This document shows positions 7,599 through 17,007 of a DNA stretch of 33,823 nucleotides, piece by piece. Source of the stretch: a virus (Duplodnaviria; Caudoviricetes); IMG/VR virus record IMGVR_UViG_3300012667_000562, positions 1 to 33,823 of that record; one strand, given 5' to 3'. The notes below the pieces were generated by a model that ran no database searches, had not been told where the DNA came from, and saw only the letters and a program-made list of their open reading frames with translations. The stretch's first letter is position 1; each line of letters begins with the position of its first letter. The translations under genes and the position numbers were made by a program.

Positions 7599-9464
7599 AT
7601 GGACATTTCTACTACCTCCCGCGAAGCCCCTGAAACCAACGAGCTGGCCAAGAAGTGGGGCCAGCGCATTGCGCATGCGCGCCAGCACTGGGACAAGTTC
7701 CACAAGCGGGTGCGCCACAACCGCAAGACCGTGGCGGGCTTCAACTGGGAGGCTGACCCCAAGAGCAAAGACTTCTACAAGCTGCGCGCCAACCTGATCC
7801 AAGGCACCATCACATCGGTGTTGCCTGCGATCTACGCGCGCAACCCGGAAATCAGCGCGATACCGCTCTACAAGGCGGACAACCTGAAGCTGTTTTGCAA
7901 GACGCTGGAGACCGTGACCAACCGGCATCTGGAGCGCGCTGACCTGAAGGGCCGCGCCAAGTCTTCAGTGCGCTCTGCGCTCACATCCAGCTTTGGCATC
8001 GTGAAGGTGATGTATCAGCGGGACATCAAGCAAGACCCCATCATCACGGCGCGCATCAACGACACCCAGGACAACATTCTGGAAGTGGAGCGCCTGATTG
8101 CCGACATTGAAGACCCTGACCAGCGCGGAGACCTGGAAGCCAAGCGCGCCGAGCTTGAGCAACTGATGGCCAGCCTGAACGAGCAGGTGGAAGTGACGGC
8201 GGCCGAGGGCCTGGTGATTGACCGTGTGCTGACGGACAACCTGCTGATTGACCCCGGCGTGTGCGAGTTCTGGGATTACCGGGATGCTGATTGGCAGTGC
8301 CAGATCATCCCCATGAAGAAGTCGCAAGCCGAAGCCACCTACAAGATGAAGCTGGACAAGGCCAAGGCGTACATGGACAGCGGCCGCTCCAACGTGAAGG
8401 ATGGCCGCTTTGCCAGTGCATCGGCCAGCCTGGACGAAGACCGGCAGATTGCGATTCTGGAAATCTGGGACAAGACCACCCAGCGCGTCTACACCATGGC
8501 CGAGGGCTGCGACTACTGGCTGCGCGAGCCCTACAGCCCGCCCAAGTCTGGAGAGCGCTGGTTTCCGTTCTTCCTGCTGCCGTTCCAAGTGGTGGACGGC
8601 GAGTTTGTGGCACCCAGCCTGGTGGACTTGACCGAGCGCCTGCAGGACGAACACAACACCGCGCGTGACCGCTTCAACAAGCACCGCGACTTGTGCCTGC
8701 CCGGCTGGATTGCTGGTGGCGACATCAGCGAAAAGTCCATCAAGCGCTACACGGACAGCGAGATTGGCGAAATCACCATCATCGACACCGAGGGCAAGCC
8801 GCTGCAGCAAGTCATCGTGCCGCGCCAGCACCCGCCGATTGACCCGACTGTGTACGACACCAGCGCGGTGCGTACCGATTGGGAGCAAGTGACCGGCATG
8901 CAGGATGCGGCCCGCTCCACCGTGGTGAAGCCCAAGACCGCCACCGAAGCCAGCATCATGCAGCAAAGCCTGAGTGGCCGCGTGAGCGAGTTCCGTGACC
9001 AAGTGGAAGACTGGCTGCAAGAGATTGCGCAGTACGCCGCGCAGATTCTGCTGTTTGAGCTGACCCCGCCCCAGGTGGAACGCATCATGGGGCCGCCTGA
9101 GACCCAAGTGATCCAGACGGGTGGCGTGCCCATGCAAGTGCAGGTGAAGCCTTACGACTGGCCCGAGCTTTCGCGCGAAGAAGTGTTTGACATGATCGAA
9201 ATGAAGATCAGGGCAGGCACCACGGGAGCCCCGGACAAGCTGGAGCAACAGGAATCATGGGGCAAGGTGCTGCCCATCATTCAGGGCCTTGTCACCCAGA
9301 TCATGCAGGTGCAGGCCAGCGGCATGGATGCCGAGCCCCTGGTGAACCTGCTGCGCGAGACCATCAAGCGCTTTGACGAGCGCCTGGAAGTGGATCAGTT
9401 CATTCCGCAAATGAGAGCGCCAGCCATGCCGCAAATGCCTGCGATGCCTGCGCCAGCCATGTAA
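7599..9464 (+). CDS. Portal protein (P22-like podoviral)
   Basis: 621 aa after terL; KTATEA..Q clip-type motif; Q/M/P-rich C-terminus. Confidence 0.85.
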   Translation: MDISTTSREAPETNELAKKWGQRIAHARQHWDKFHKRVRHNRKTVAGFNWEADPKSKDFYKLRANLIQGTITSVLPAIYARNPEISAIPLYKADNLKLFCKTLETVTNRHLERADLKGRAKSSVRSALTSSFGIVKVMYQRDIKQDPIITARINDTQDNILEVERLIADIEDPDQRGDLEAKRAELEQLMASLNEQVEVTAAEGLVIDRVLTDNLLIDPGVCEFWDYRDADWQCQIIPMKKSQAEATYKMKLDKAKAYMDSGRSNVKDGRFASASASLDEDRQIAILEIWDKTTQRVYTMAEGCDYWLREPYSPPKSGERWFPFFLLPFQVVDGEFVAPSLVDLTERLQDEHNTARDRFNKHRDLCLPGWIAGGDISEKSIKRYTDSEIGEITIIDTEGKPLQQVIVPRQHPPIDPTVYDTSAVRTDWEQVTGMQDAARSTVVKPKTATEASIMQQSLSGRVSEFRDQVEDWLQEIAQYAAQILLFELTPPQVERIMGPPETQVIQTGGVPMQVQVKPYDWPELSREEVFDMIEMKIRAGTTGAPDKLEQQESWGKVLPIIQGLVTQIMQVQASGMDAEPLVNLLRETIKRFDERLEVDQFIPQMRAPAMPQMPAMPAPAM

Positions 9465-9492
9465 TCCCCCAACCACCACAAAGGAACCAACC

Positions 9493-10584
9493 ATGCCAAT
9501 CTGGAAGCAACGCCTGTTTTCCCGCCTGATGAAGCCCGCCGACGACGAAGGCGGCGACTTGGGCGGCGGTGCCACTGAGGCCGCCATTGATGCAATCGGC
9601 CTTGAGTCCGCACCCGAGGCAGAGCAACCAGCCGCAGAAGCCCAGCCGCAAGATGCGCAGCAAAATGATGATGGCACCACATCAGAAGGCGGCAAGTCCA
9701 AGCTGGCCTCGATGCTGGATGACCTGACCGACGACCCGAACAACCCCAAGCCGGAAGCCAAGCCCGAGGAAAAGCCCGCCGAGCCTGCAGCCAAAGCGCC
9801 TGACGCACCCAAGGCACCCGAGGCAGAAGAAGCCGAGTTGCTGGAGGGCGTGAAGTCCGAGCGCGGCAAGGAGCGCATCAAGCAGGTGTTTGCCGAGAAG
9901 AAGCAGCTTGAGCAGGACATCACCGAATTCCGCGAACTGGTGAAGTCCACCGGCATGAGTCCGCAAGAGTTTGCGCGCACGCTGGAGTTTGGCCGCCTGA
10001 TGAACAGCGGCGACGAAAAGAACCTGCGCGTGGCGCTGGAAATGGTCGAAGGCCAGCGCGCTGCGCTGTACCAGAAGCTGGGCGTGGAAGCGCCTGGCGT
10101 TGACTTGCTGACCGGCCATGATGACCTGAAGCAAGCCGTGGACAACATGGAAATCACCCGCGAGCGCGCGGTGGAGCTGGCCAAGTACCGCAAGCAGCAG
10201 GCCGAAGTGACCCAGCGCCAGCAGGCAGAGCAACAAACCACACAAGAGCGCGAGCAATTCAATCAGCAGGTGCAGCAGGCCGCTGGTGCCATGGAAACCT
10301 ACCTGCAGACACGGGCCAATGAGGTAGACCACCCGGCGCGCATGAAGGTCATCACCGAACACTTCAAGAACCCGGCCAACCTGCAGCAGTTCGTCAGCAC
10401 GTACCGGCCTGAGCAGTGGGCCGCCACCGTGAAGATGATGTACGACAACATTCAGGTGCCCAAGCAGTTGACGCCCGGCCCGCAGCCGATTCGCTCACGC
10501 CCGGCCAGCCTTGGCACGCCAGCCCCCAATGCGTCCGCGCCGATTGACCGCGTGGCGCAGCGCCTTGAGTCGATGGGCCTGTAA
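9493..10584 (+). CDS. Scaffolding-like protein
   Basis: Acidic, P/E/A-rich N-half and coiled-coil, between portal and capsid genes. Confidence 0.7.
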   Translation: MPIWKQRLFSRLMKPADDEGGDLGGGATEAAIDAIGLESAPEAEQPAAEAQPQDAQQNDDGTTSEGGKSKLASMLDDLTDDPNNPKPEAKPEEKPAEPAAKAPDAPKAPEAEEAELLEGVKSERGKERIKQVFAEKKQLEQDITEFRELVKSTGMSPQEFARTLEFGRLMNSGDEKNLRVALEMVEGQRAALYQKLGVEAPGVDLLTGHDDLKQAVDNMEITRERAVELAKYRKQQAEVTQRQQAEQQTTQEREQFNQQVQQAAGAMETYLQTRANEVDHPARMKVITEHFKNPANLQQFVSTYRPEQWAATVKMMYDNIQVPKQLTPGPQPIRSRPASLGTPAPNASAPIDRVAQRLESMGL

Positions 10585-10586
10585 AG

Positions 10587-10621
10587 AAATATCCGTCGAG
10601 GGGTTGACACCCTTCAATAAT
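10587..10621 (+). promoter_or_regulatory. Putative late promoter copy 3 (before major capsid leader)
   Basis: AAATATCCG-N20-AATAAT. Confidence 0.62.
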
Positions 10622-10627
10622 TCGCTT

Positions 10628-10885
10628 GCCAGTTCTGCACCGTCGTGCCGACTGGTCTGCAAAGAGCGTAAGCGGGGATCGCCAACCGCAGCAGGCCAGC
10701 CGGTACTTCGTTGCGGTACACGCCGAATTTGTCGCTGCATCGGTGGGGTCGCGTCCACCAGCGCATAGCGCACCAGGCCAAGCCGTACCCGAGTCGCGCC
10801 GGGAACCTGATGGGCTGAACTGACGGGCTTGCGTGCCGTCGCGGTGTGGAAGGTGCTTTTAACCCTTTCATTTCGGAGCAGTGAC
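10628..10885 (+). ncRNA. Candidate structured 5' leader/ncRNA upstream of the major capsid gene
   Basis: Within a 300-nt noncoding gap; several hairpins, four with UCGC in the loop. Confidence 0.45.
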
Positions 10886-11932
10886 ATGCCTATTTCAGCC
10901 GGTGATTTGCAGGAGTTGGCCAAGGTTTCCTTGGACGAATACCTGCGCAACATGCCCGTGGATCAGATCGCCACGGAGCGCCCCCTTCTCAAGAAACTCA
11001 TGGCAGGCCGCAAGACCTTCCTGGGTGCCAAACAAAACATCGTGGAGAACGTCCGCAAGACCTACGGCAGCAACTTTAGCTGGGCGTATGGCGAGGACGC
11101 CGTGGTGTTCAACAAGCGCAACACCACCGAACAAGCCGCATTCCCGTGGCGTCGTGCCGTGGATGGCCTGTACCTTGACTATGACCGCCTGTTTGGCAAC
11201 GGCATCAAGGTGCGCGAGGGCGAGCGCGGTGCTTTCAAGCTGGAGCAGAACGAGAAAGTTCAGCTCTTGAATCTGCTGGACGAGCAGATGGAAGCGCTCA
11301 AGGAAGGCTTCATGCAGAAGCTGGACTTGGAAATGCACCGTGACGGCACTGCCGACACCGATGCAATCGTGGGCCTGGACACCCTGATTTCTGTGGCACC
11401 CACCACTGGAACCGTGGGCGGACTGGATCGCGCTACCGCAACCTACTGGCGCAACTATGCCGAGACCGGCATTTCTGTGGCGTCTGTGGGCACCCTGGCC
11501 CAGAAGATGGAACTGGCCTGGCGCAAGTGCATCAAGAACGGCGGCAGCCCTGACTTCATCCTGGCCGGTGGCGACTTCATTGACGCCTACCGCAAGGAAA
11601 TCACCGTCAGCCAGAACGCACAAGCAGGCAGCGTGAAGACGCTGGACGCTGGTGTGGGCAGCGGTGTGAACACAGGCCTGTACTTCAAGGGCGTGGAAAT
11701 CATCTGGGACCCGCAGTTTGAAGAAATGCAGACTCTGGAAACGCCTCTGGTGTCTTGGAATAAGCGCTGCTACTTCATCAACTCCAAGTTCATGAAGTAC
11801 CGCGACGACGACATGGACATCGTGACGCCCGTGCGCCCGCACGACACCCTGGCCATGTACGCCATGGTGAACCTGCGCTGCGCGCTGTCCATCAGCCGCG
11901 CCAACGCGCACGCCGTCTTGGCTATCGCCTGA
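10886..11932 (+). CDS. Major capsid protein
   Basis: 348 aa from ATG 10886 with SD GGAG; position after the scaffold; HK97-type features (GL...I, final NxHAVL strand); followed by a terminator. Confidence 0.88.
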   Translation: MPISAGDLQELAKVSLDEYLRNMPVDQIATERPLLKKLMAGRKTFLGAKQNIVENVRKTYGSNFSWAYGEDAVVFNKRNTTEQAAFPWRRAVDGLYLDYDRLFGNGIKVREGERGAFKLEQNEKVQLLNLLDEQMEALKEGFMQKLDLEMHRDGTADTDAIVGLDTLISVAPTTGTVGGLDRATATYWRNYAETGISVASVGTLAQKMELAWRKCIKNGGSPDFILAGGDFIDAYRKEITVSQNAQAGSVKTLDAGVGSGVNTGLYFKGVEIIWDPQFEEMQTLETPLVSWNKRCYFINSKFMKYRDDDMDIVTPVRPHDTLAMYAMVNLRCALSISRANAHAVLAIA

Positions 11933-11944
11933 TAGCCAGCCCCG

Positions 11945-11970
11945 AGCCCCGGCCCAGCGCCGGGGTTTTT
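11945..11970 (+). terminator. Rho-independent terminator after MCP
   Basis: AGCCCCGGC-CCAGC-GCCGGGGTT followed by T-run. Confidence 0.85.
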
Positions 11971-11991
11971 CAATCCCCAGGAGAAATGTGA

Positions 11992-12315
11992 ATGAGCAAG
12001 ATCAACGTTCCTATGGTTTCAGTCACTGTGCGCCGCGATGCCAACACCATCACGCCCGTGGCTGTGCCGGTTTATGAGCTGACGATGCTGCGCCAGATGT
12101 TCGGCAAGGAAAACGTCAACGGCGACGAGAAAGTGGGCCACATCGAAGTGGATGCCGCGAGCGAGTTTGAGCGCCTGTGTGCCAAGTACGGCGCGCAAAA
12201 GGTGATGAAGGTCTACGGCGACGACGGCGGCGAGCGCCTGGCCGAGCTGGTGGAAAAGGCTGCTGTGAAAGCGCCCAAAGCCAAGACCGAAAAGACCGAA
12301 GAAGCCGCACAGTAA
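11992..12315 (+). CDS. Hypothetical virion-associated protein
   Basis: 107 aa, SD AGGAG, K/A-rich tail; typical post-capsid gene. Confidence 0.75.
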   Translation: MSKINVPMVSVTVRRDANTITPVAVPVYELTMLRQMFGKENVNGDEKVGHIEVDAASEFERLCAKYGAQKVMKVYGDDGGERLAELVEKAAVKAPKAKTEKTEEAAQ

Positions 12316-12327
12316 GGAAGCACGACG

Positions 12328-15282
12328 ATGGCGCAGCCGCAAGCCTACAACCGCGAAGTCGATTTCACCGAGCGCGACGGTGATGACACCAATCACTCAG
12401 GTGTCAACACCGAACTGGATGCGGCCGCGTTGTCGATCAACGAGATTCGGGACAACCTGGCGCTGATTCAGAAGGACGACGGCGGCCTGCAAAACGGCAT
12501 CGTCACCGCTGATTCACTTGCACCTTCCGCATTTGATGCGGTGGCTGGCCAGCTCAATGAAGCCGTGAACGATGCGCAAGACGCTGCATCAGCGGCCACA
12601 CTGGCGGCCACCACGGCTCTGGGTGCACGCGACACGGCAGTGGCTTCGGCATCAGCCGCCAGCATATCGGAAGCCAACGCGGCCGCTTCGGCTGCAGGCG
12701 CTGCAACGGCAGCGCAAACCATTTTCAACGGCCTGTACTTAGGCGCTCAGGCAACAGACCCGGCGCTTGATCTGAATGGCCAGCCTCTGAACACGGGCGA
12801 TTTTTACTACAACAGCACTGCCAAGCTATTCCGCGCCTATGACGCGGCCATCCCAGGCTTTACCAGCGCCACACCCAGCGGCCAATTCAAGCGGCCCAAG
12901 TATGTGGCTGGTGTGGACTTCACGGCAGGCGTGACGACGGCACTGACGCTGGCCAGCGATCCAATCACGGCCAAGAACATTTTTGTGTTCTTTGACGGTG
13001 TGGCCCAGCACAACGACCAGTTTTCTCTGAGCGGCACCACGCTGACATTCACCAGCGCGATACCGGTTGGCGTGTCGGCGGTGGAGGTGGCTTACATAGA
13101 AGTTATAGGGCAGTACGAGCTGTTTGATGAAAGCGTGACCGACGCAAAGATTGCGCCGGATGCAGACATTCAATCGTCAAAGCTGGAATACGACGGCGGC
13201 ACGGTGCAGACCGTCCTGGACGATGCAAAGCCATTGCAGAGCTACACAGCGCTGCGGGCTTACACCGGGCGCGCCACTGGTGTGCGAATCACCACGACCG
13301 GTATTGCGGGGCACTTCTACCGTGATGCTTCTGACACAACAAGCGCCGACAACGGCGGAACGATCATTGTTGACGCCAGTGGGCGACGGTGGAAGCGGTT
13401 GTTTGTTGGTGAAGTCAACGTCAAGTGGTTTGGTGCCATTGGCAATAACATCGCTGATGACACGGTGCCTTTCCAAGCCGCCTTGCTGACAGGCATGAAT
13501 GTGTTTGTCCCTGACGGCATCTACAAGTTGACCAGCGCGGTAAAGCTGCAAACCAACGGGCAGGCTTTGTACGGAAACGGCACATTCACATCCGAGTTGG
13601 TTTGGTACGGCTCCAGCGGAAACATGCTGGAAGTTATGTCGGGCCGCAGGGATACCGGCATCAGCAACGCATCCAAAACTGGTATGCGACTTTCTGGATT
13701 TAAGTTGAAGGCGGCTACTGGCAGCACCATTGAAAGCCTGCTGCATGTGGAGGATGGCGTTTTCCACTCGTACATTGAGAAGATTCGCGTGTCGTCTGAT
13801 TTTGGGGCGGTGCCGAGCGCAGCAGTCATCAAGATGGAAGGTGGTGGGGTTCGTCAGTCCTACTCTGTTGGCGTTACCTTCCGAGATATTTCCATCTATG
13901 GAGGTGGCGTTGTCGGCACTCCGATTCCGTGCGGCATGTGGGTTGAAGCTGCGATTGAGGCGCTGTTTGACAACGTGAAGGTGTTTAACTGCGAGGAAAC
14001 TTGGCGACTCGGAACCGGTGACGCTGACCGCGTAAGCAACGTGGCGAACTGCACCTTTGTGAAGTGCCACGGCGAGATTGGTGATCGCAACAGCGTGAGT
14101 GATAACGGCGCTGCATTGCGTATTTTCCAAGGCCGAGAACTGGACTTCTACGGCTGCAAGTTCCCAGCCGGAACTAACTTTGCCAGCGCCACCAATCAGA
14201 ATGCGGTGCGCTTCTCTACGCAGTCTGCAACAGGTGCCACTTCTCCGTTCCAAGGGCGTGACATCAATTTCACATCCTGCGTGTTCTGGGGCATGGAGAA
14301 ATGCAGTATTGGTTTGAAGTTTGATTCCACAGCGTTTTACCAGAACGTGACGTTTACCGACTGCAACTTCTATGGGTTCCCCACAGACGTTATCGACGTG
14401 CAGACGGATCAAGTTCCGCTGATTCGTGGCTTGGAAACTTGCCACTATGTCGAGGCAGAGCCCAAATGGAATGCCCGATTCCAGACGGAGAGTTCTTGGC
14501 TGATCGCTGGCTTTACTGTCAACAATGCGGCGGGCACTCAGAAAACTTTGCAGCAGTCGAGCGATACCGCGCAGTACGCTCGCGCAGAGCCCCTGTTGGT
14601 TGGGTCAAACGTGTCACTGGCTGGGCTGATGGCCTCGGCTTACAAAAGCAACCTCAGTGATGTTGTGGTGCGTATATACAACCGCAGTGGCGCTGGCATC
14701 ACGCTGGCTGACAGCTACTTCTACACGCGGGCGTTTAAGCAAAGCGAGATTCAATCGAAGAATTCAGTGGCCTACAACCCTCCGTCCTTAGCCACTGGCG
14801 CATCGTCGTCGCCGAACATCCCACTTTGCGGTGCGGCTCTTGGCGATTTTGTTGCCGTTGGCTTTGGCAATTCGGTAGACGGCAATCTCAGCAACATGAA
14901 CCTGTTTGGCTATGTTTCTGGAGCCAATCAAGTAACAGCCTATTTCGTAAACCGAACCAGTGGAACGGTTGATCTTGCTGGCGGTACTTTGGTCGCCTAC
15001 AAGGTGAAGCCTGATTTCGATTTTTTCGACACAGCCACTTATGACGCGCCTAGTTTGGCCGCTGGCGGTGGCGCTACAACTACCGTCACCGTTACAGGTG
15101 CGCGTGTAGGTGACATTGCCATGTTCAGCATGGGCGTTAATCAAGCTGGCGTTGTCGGCTTTGCCACCGTCAGCGCAGACGACACTGTTTCGATTCGCTT
15201 CCAAAACGAATCAGGCGGCGTGGTTGATCTGGCATCCACCACCATTCGTGTTGGTGTATTCAAGCGTCACAAAAAGCTTTAA
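12328..15282 (+). CDS. Tailspike / depolymerase (anchor, Ig-like, pectate-lyase-like beta-helix, C-terminal repeats)
   Basis: DNGGTIIV...RWKR and VNVKWFGAIGNNIADDT..FQAAL (from 13414) tailspike motifs; beta-helix-like middle; three C-terminal repeats. Confidence 0.85.
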   Translation: MAQPQAYNREVDFTERDGDDTNHSGVNTELDAAALSINEIRDNLALIQKDDGGLQNGIVTADSLAPSAFDAVAGQLNEAVNDAQDAASAATLAATTALGARDTAVASASAASISEANAAASAAGAATAAQTIFNGLYLGAQATDPALDLNGQPLNTGDFYYNSTAKLFRAYDAAIPGFTSATPSGQFKRPKYVAGVDFTAGVTTALTLASDPITAKNIFVFFDGVAQHNDQFSLSGTTLTFTSAIPVGVSAVEVAYIEVIGQYELFDESVTDAKIAPDADIQSSKLEYDGGTVQTVLDDAKPLQSYTALRAYTGRATGVRITTTGIAGHFYRDASDTTSADNGGTIIVDASGRRWKRLFVGEVNVKWFGAIGNNIADDTVPFQAALLTGMNVFVPDGIYKLTSAVKLQTNGQALYGNGTFTSELVWYGSSGNMLEVMSGRRDTGISNASKTGMRLSGFKLKAATGSTIESLLHVEDGVFHSYIEKIRVSSDFGAVPSAAVIKMEGGGVRQSYSVGVTFRDISIYGGGVVGTPIPCGMWVEAAIEALFDNVKVFNCEETWRLGTGDADRVSNVANCTFVKCHGEIGDRNSVSDNGAALRIFQGRELDFYGCKFPAGTNFASATNQNAVRFSTQSATGATSPFQGRDINFTSCVFWGMEKCSIGLKFDSTAFYQNVTFTDCNFYGFPTDVIDVQTDQVPLIRGLETCHYVEAEPKWNARFQTESSWLIAGFTVNNAAGTQKTLQQSSDTAQYARAEPLLVGSNVSLAGLMASAYKSNLSDVVVRIYNRSGAGITLADSYFYTRAFKQSEIQSKNSVAYNPPSLATGASSSPNIPLCGAALGDFVAVGFGNSVDGNLSNMNLFGYVSGANQVTAYFVNRTSGTVDLAGGTLVAYKVKPDFDFFDTATYDAPSLAAGGGATTTVTVTGARVGDIAMFSMGVNQAGVVGFATVSADDTVSIRFQNESGGVVDLASTTIRVGVFKRHKKL

Positions 15283-15284
15283 CC

Positions 15285-15479
15285 ATGAATACCATAATTC
15301 AATTCATCAAGTCCCGCACCATCCTGTTCGCGCTGCTATTGGCAGTCCTTTCCGTCGTGCAGGGTTATGTAGGCCTGCTGCCGCTTCCGCCTGTGCACCA
15401 GATGTATGTCGGCCTGGCAATCAGCGTCATCGTCACGCTGCTGCGCATTGTCACCACGCAACCAATCACCGACAAGTAA
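15285..15479 (+). CDS. Holin-like 2-TM protein
   Basis: 64 aa, KSRT..F, two TM helices, LR.VT.QP C-terminus. Confidence 0.65.
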   Translation: MNTIIQFIKSRTILFALLLAVLSVVQGYVGLLPLPPVHQMYVGLAISVIVTLLRIVTTQPITDK

Positions 15480-15508
15480 CCACCAGTGAGGCGCATATGC
15501 GTTGATGA

Positions 15509-15895
15509 ATGACCACCCGAGTTCCACCCCAACTTCTCGATCAAACCCAAGGCATTGGCTACACCCCAGGCGTGGGCGGCACCGTTACCCAGATCACCAG
15601 CAAAGGCACTTCGGTTGAGCTGAACAAACTCAGCGGCCGCATCACCATGCACAACGAAACGCTGGCGGCCGGTTCTGCTGCCACGTTCCTGTTCGGCAAC
15701 AACCTGGCCGGTGAAAACGATGTGCTGCTGGTGTCCGTCAAGGAGTACGGCGGAGCCAACGAGAACTACGCCATCACCACGATGACCCGAAACGGTGGCG
15801 GCGGGTTTTTTGTCTCCATTCGCAATATGTCGGCTAACCCCCTGTCGGACGCTGTTCCGCTGAACTTTGCCGTCATCAAAGGCGTAACGAACTGA
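15509..15895 (+). CDS. Small beta-rich tail-fibre-associated protein
   Basis: GGTVTQITSKGTSVELNKLSGRITM...LNFAVIKG pattern, typical of fibre C-terminal domains. Confidence 0.65.
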   Translation: MTTRVPPQLLDQTQGIGYTPGVGGTVTQITSKGTSVELNKLSGRITMHNETLAAGSAATFLFGNNLAGENDVLLVSVKEYGGANENYAITTMTRNGGGGFFVSIRNMSANPLSDAVPLNFAVIKGVTN

Positions 15896-15918
15896 CGTAT
15901 TGAAGGGCCAGAACAGAC

Positions 15919-16272
15919 ATGACCGATGATGATTTGCACGCACTTTCCACAGAGCACTCTGATGTTGTCCGCATCGAGCGCCTGACGCACCACATTCAGC
16001 GCATCCGCGAGTCCATGGACGACATGAAAGGTTCTATGCGCGAAATGGCGTCGGCAGTCACTCGGCTGGCCCTGGTGGAAGAACGTCAAGCCACTACCAG
16101 CAGCACCCTGGAGCGACTGGGCAAGACCTTAGAGAACCTGGACAACCGTCTGCGCGCGCTGGAGGTATCCGAGCCAATGCAAAACCAAGCCAGTGAATGG
16201 GTGCGCAATGCAGTGTGGGCGGCTGCCGCTGCTGCTGTGATGTTCGTTGCCGCCAAGGCCGGGCTGGTGTGA
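15919..16272 (+). CDS. Coiled-coil protein with C-terminal TM (holin/XhlA-like)
   Basis: Heptad-rich LALVEERQ...RLRALE segment followed by a hydrophobic C-terminal helix. Confidence 0.6.
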   Translation: MTDDDLHALSTEHSDVVRIERLTHHIQRIRESMDDMKGSMREMASAVTRLALVEERQATTSSTLERLGKTLENLDNRLRALEVSEPMQNQASEWVRNAVWAAAAAAVMFVAAKAGLV

Positions 16273-16301
16273 GCCCCAAACCAACAACCTAAGAGGCCAC
16301 C

Positions 16302-17000
16302 ATGCCACAAGCACCCGCCTACAACCGCAGCAAGAACTTTCTGGAAAACAACCCGGATCGCACCGACCACGGCGCGCTGAATTCCGAGCTGGACAACGCG
16401 GCCGCGTCCATCAACGCGCTGCGCACCAATGCGGCCCTGCTGCAGAACGATGACGGCACGCTGAAAAACGCGATTGTCACGCTGGCCAGCTTGGCCGCTG
16501 AAGTGGTGACGGGCTTGACTGGGCCAGAAGGCCCTATTGGCCCCACCGGCCCGGCTGGCCCCACTGGCCCGCAAGGTGTGCAAGGCGTCAAGGGCGACAC
16601 CGGGGCATCGTTTGATGCGGATGCGCGCGACGTGTTTGCCAATCGCGGCCTGTACGACTTGCAGCCCAAGGGCTTCAGTTTCCTGGCGGTGGACACCGGC
16701 TTCATGTACTTCAAGCTGACCAACACCAGCGGCGATTGGTCAACCGGCAAGGAATTTGGCAAGGGCGAGACCGGCGCAACCGGCCCCGCAGGCCCAACCG
16801 GCCCAACTGGCCCGCAAGGGTTGCAGGGCATCCAAGGCATTCAAGGGCTGACCGGCCCCGCAGGCGCTGACGGCGCTGATGGCGTTGTCACCAGCATCGA
16901 CACAGCTCTGAAAACCGCAAGCCTTATAGGCCGCACCAGCGTGAACGCGCAACTGCAACTGGTGGGCGGCGAGCTGCGCATTGTGCTGACCACTTCGTGA
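16302..17000 (+). CDS. Collagen-like short tail fibre/adaptor
   Basis: Gly-X-Y runs at about 16512-16604 and 16764-16883; N-terminus paralogous to the tailspike anchor. Confidence 0.8.
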   Translation: MPQAPAYNRSKNFLENNPDRTDHGALNSELDNAAASINALRTNAALLQNDDGTLKNAIVTLASLAAEVVTGLTGPEGPIGPTGPAGPTGPQGVQGVKGDTGASFDADARDVFANRGLYDLQPKGFSFLAVDTGFMYFKLTNTSGDWSTGKEFGKGETGATGPAGPTGPTGPQGLQGIQGIQGLTGPAGADGADGVVTSIDTALKTASLIGRTSVNAQLQLVGGELRIVLTTS

Positions 17001-17007
17001 GGCCCAC

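Noticed and set aside
10604-10621. Perfect TTGACA upstream of the capsid gene as a sigma70 -35
   Set aside because: Only 6 nt separate it from AATAAT, and there is no -10 at 16-18 nt; the TATCCG-N20 arrangement fits better.
16163-16198. AGGTATCCG as a sixth late-promoter copy
   Set aside because: Lacks the A/T-rich 5' part and has no -10-like hexamer at 20 nt.
16512-16883. GGCCC-rich DNA repeats as a mobile or regulatory element
   Set aside because: Fully explained by Gly-Pro-X collagen coding.
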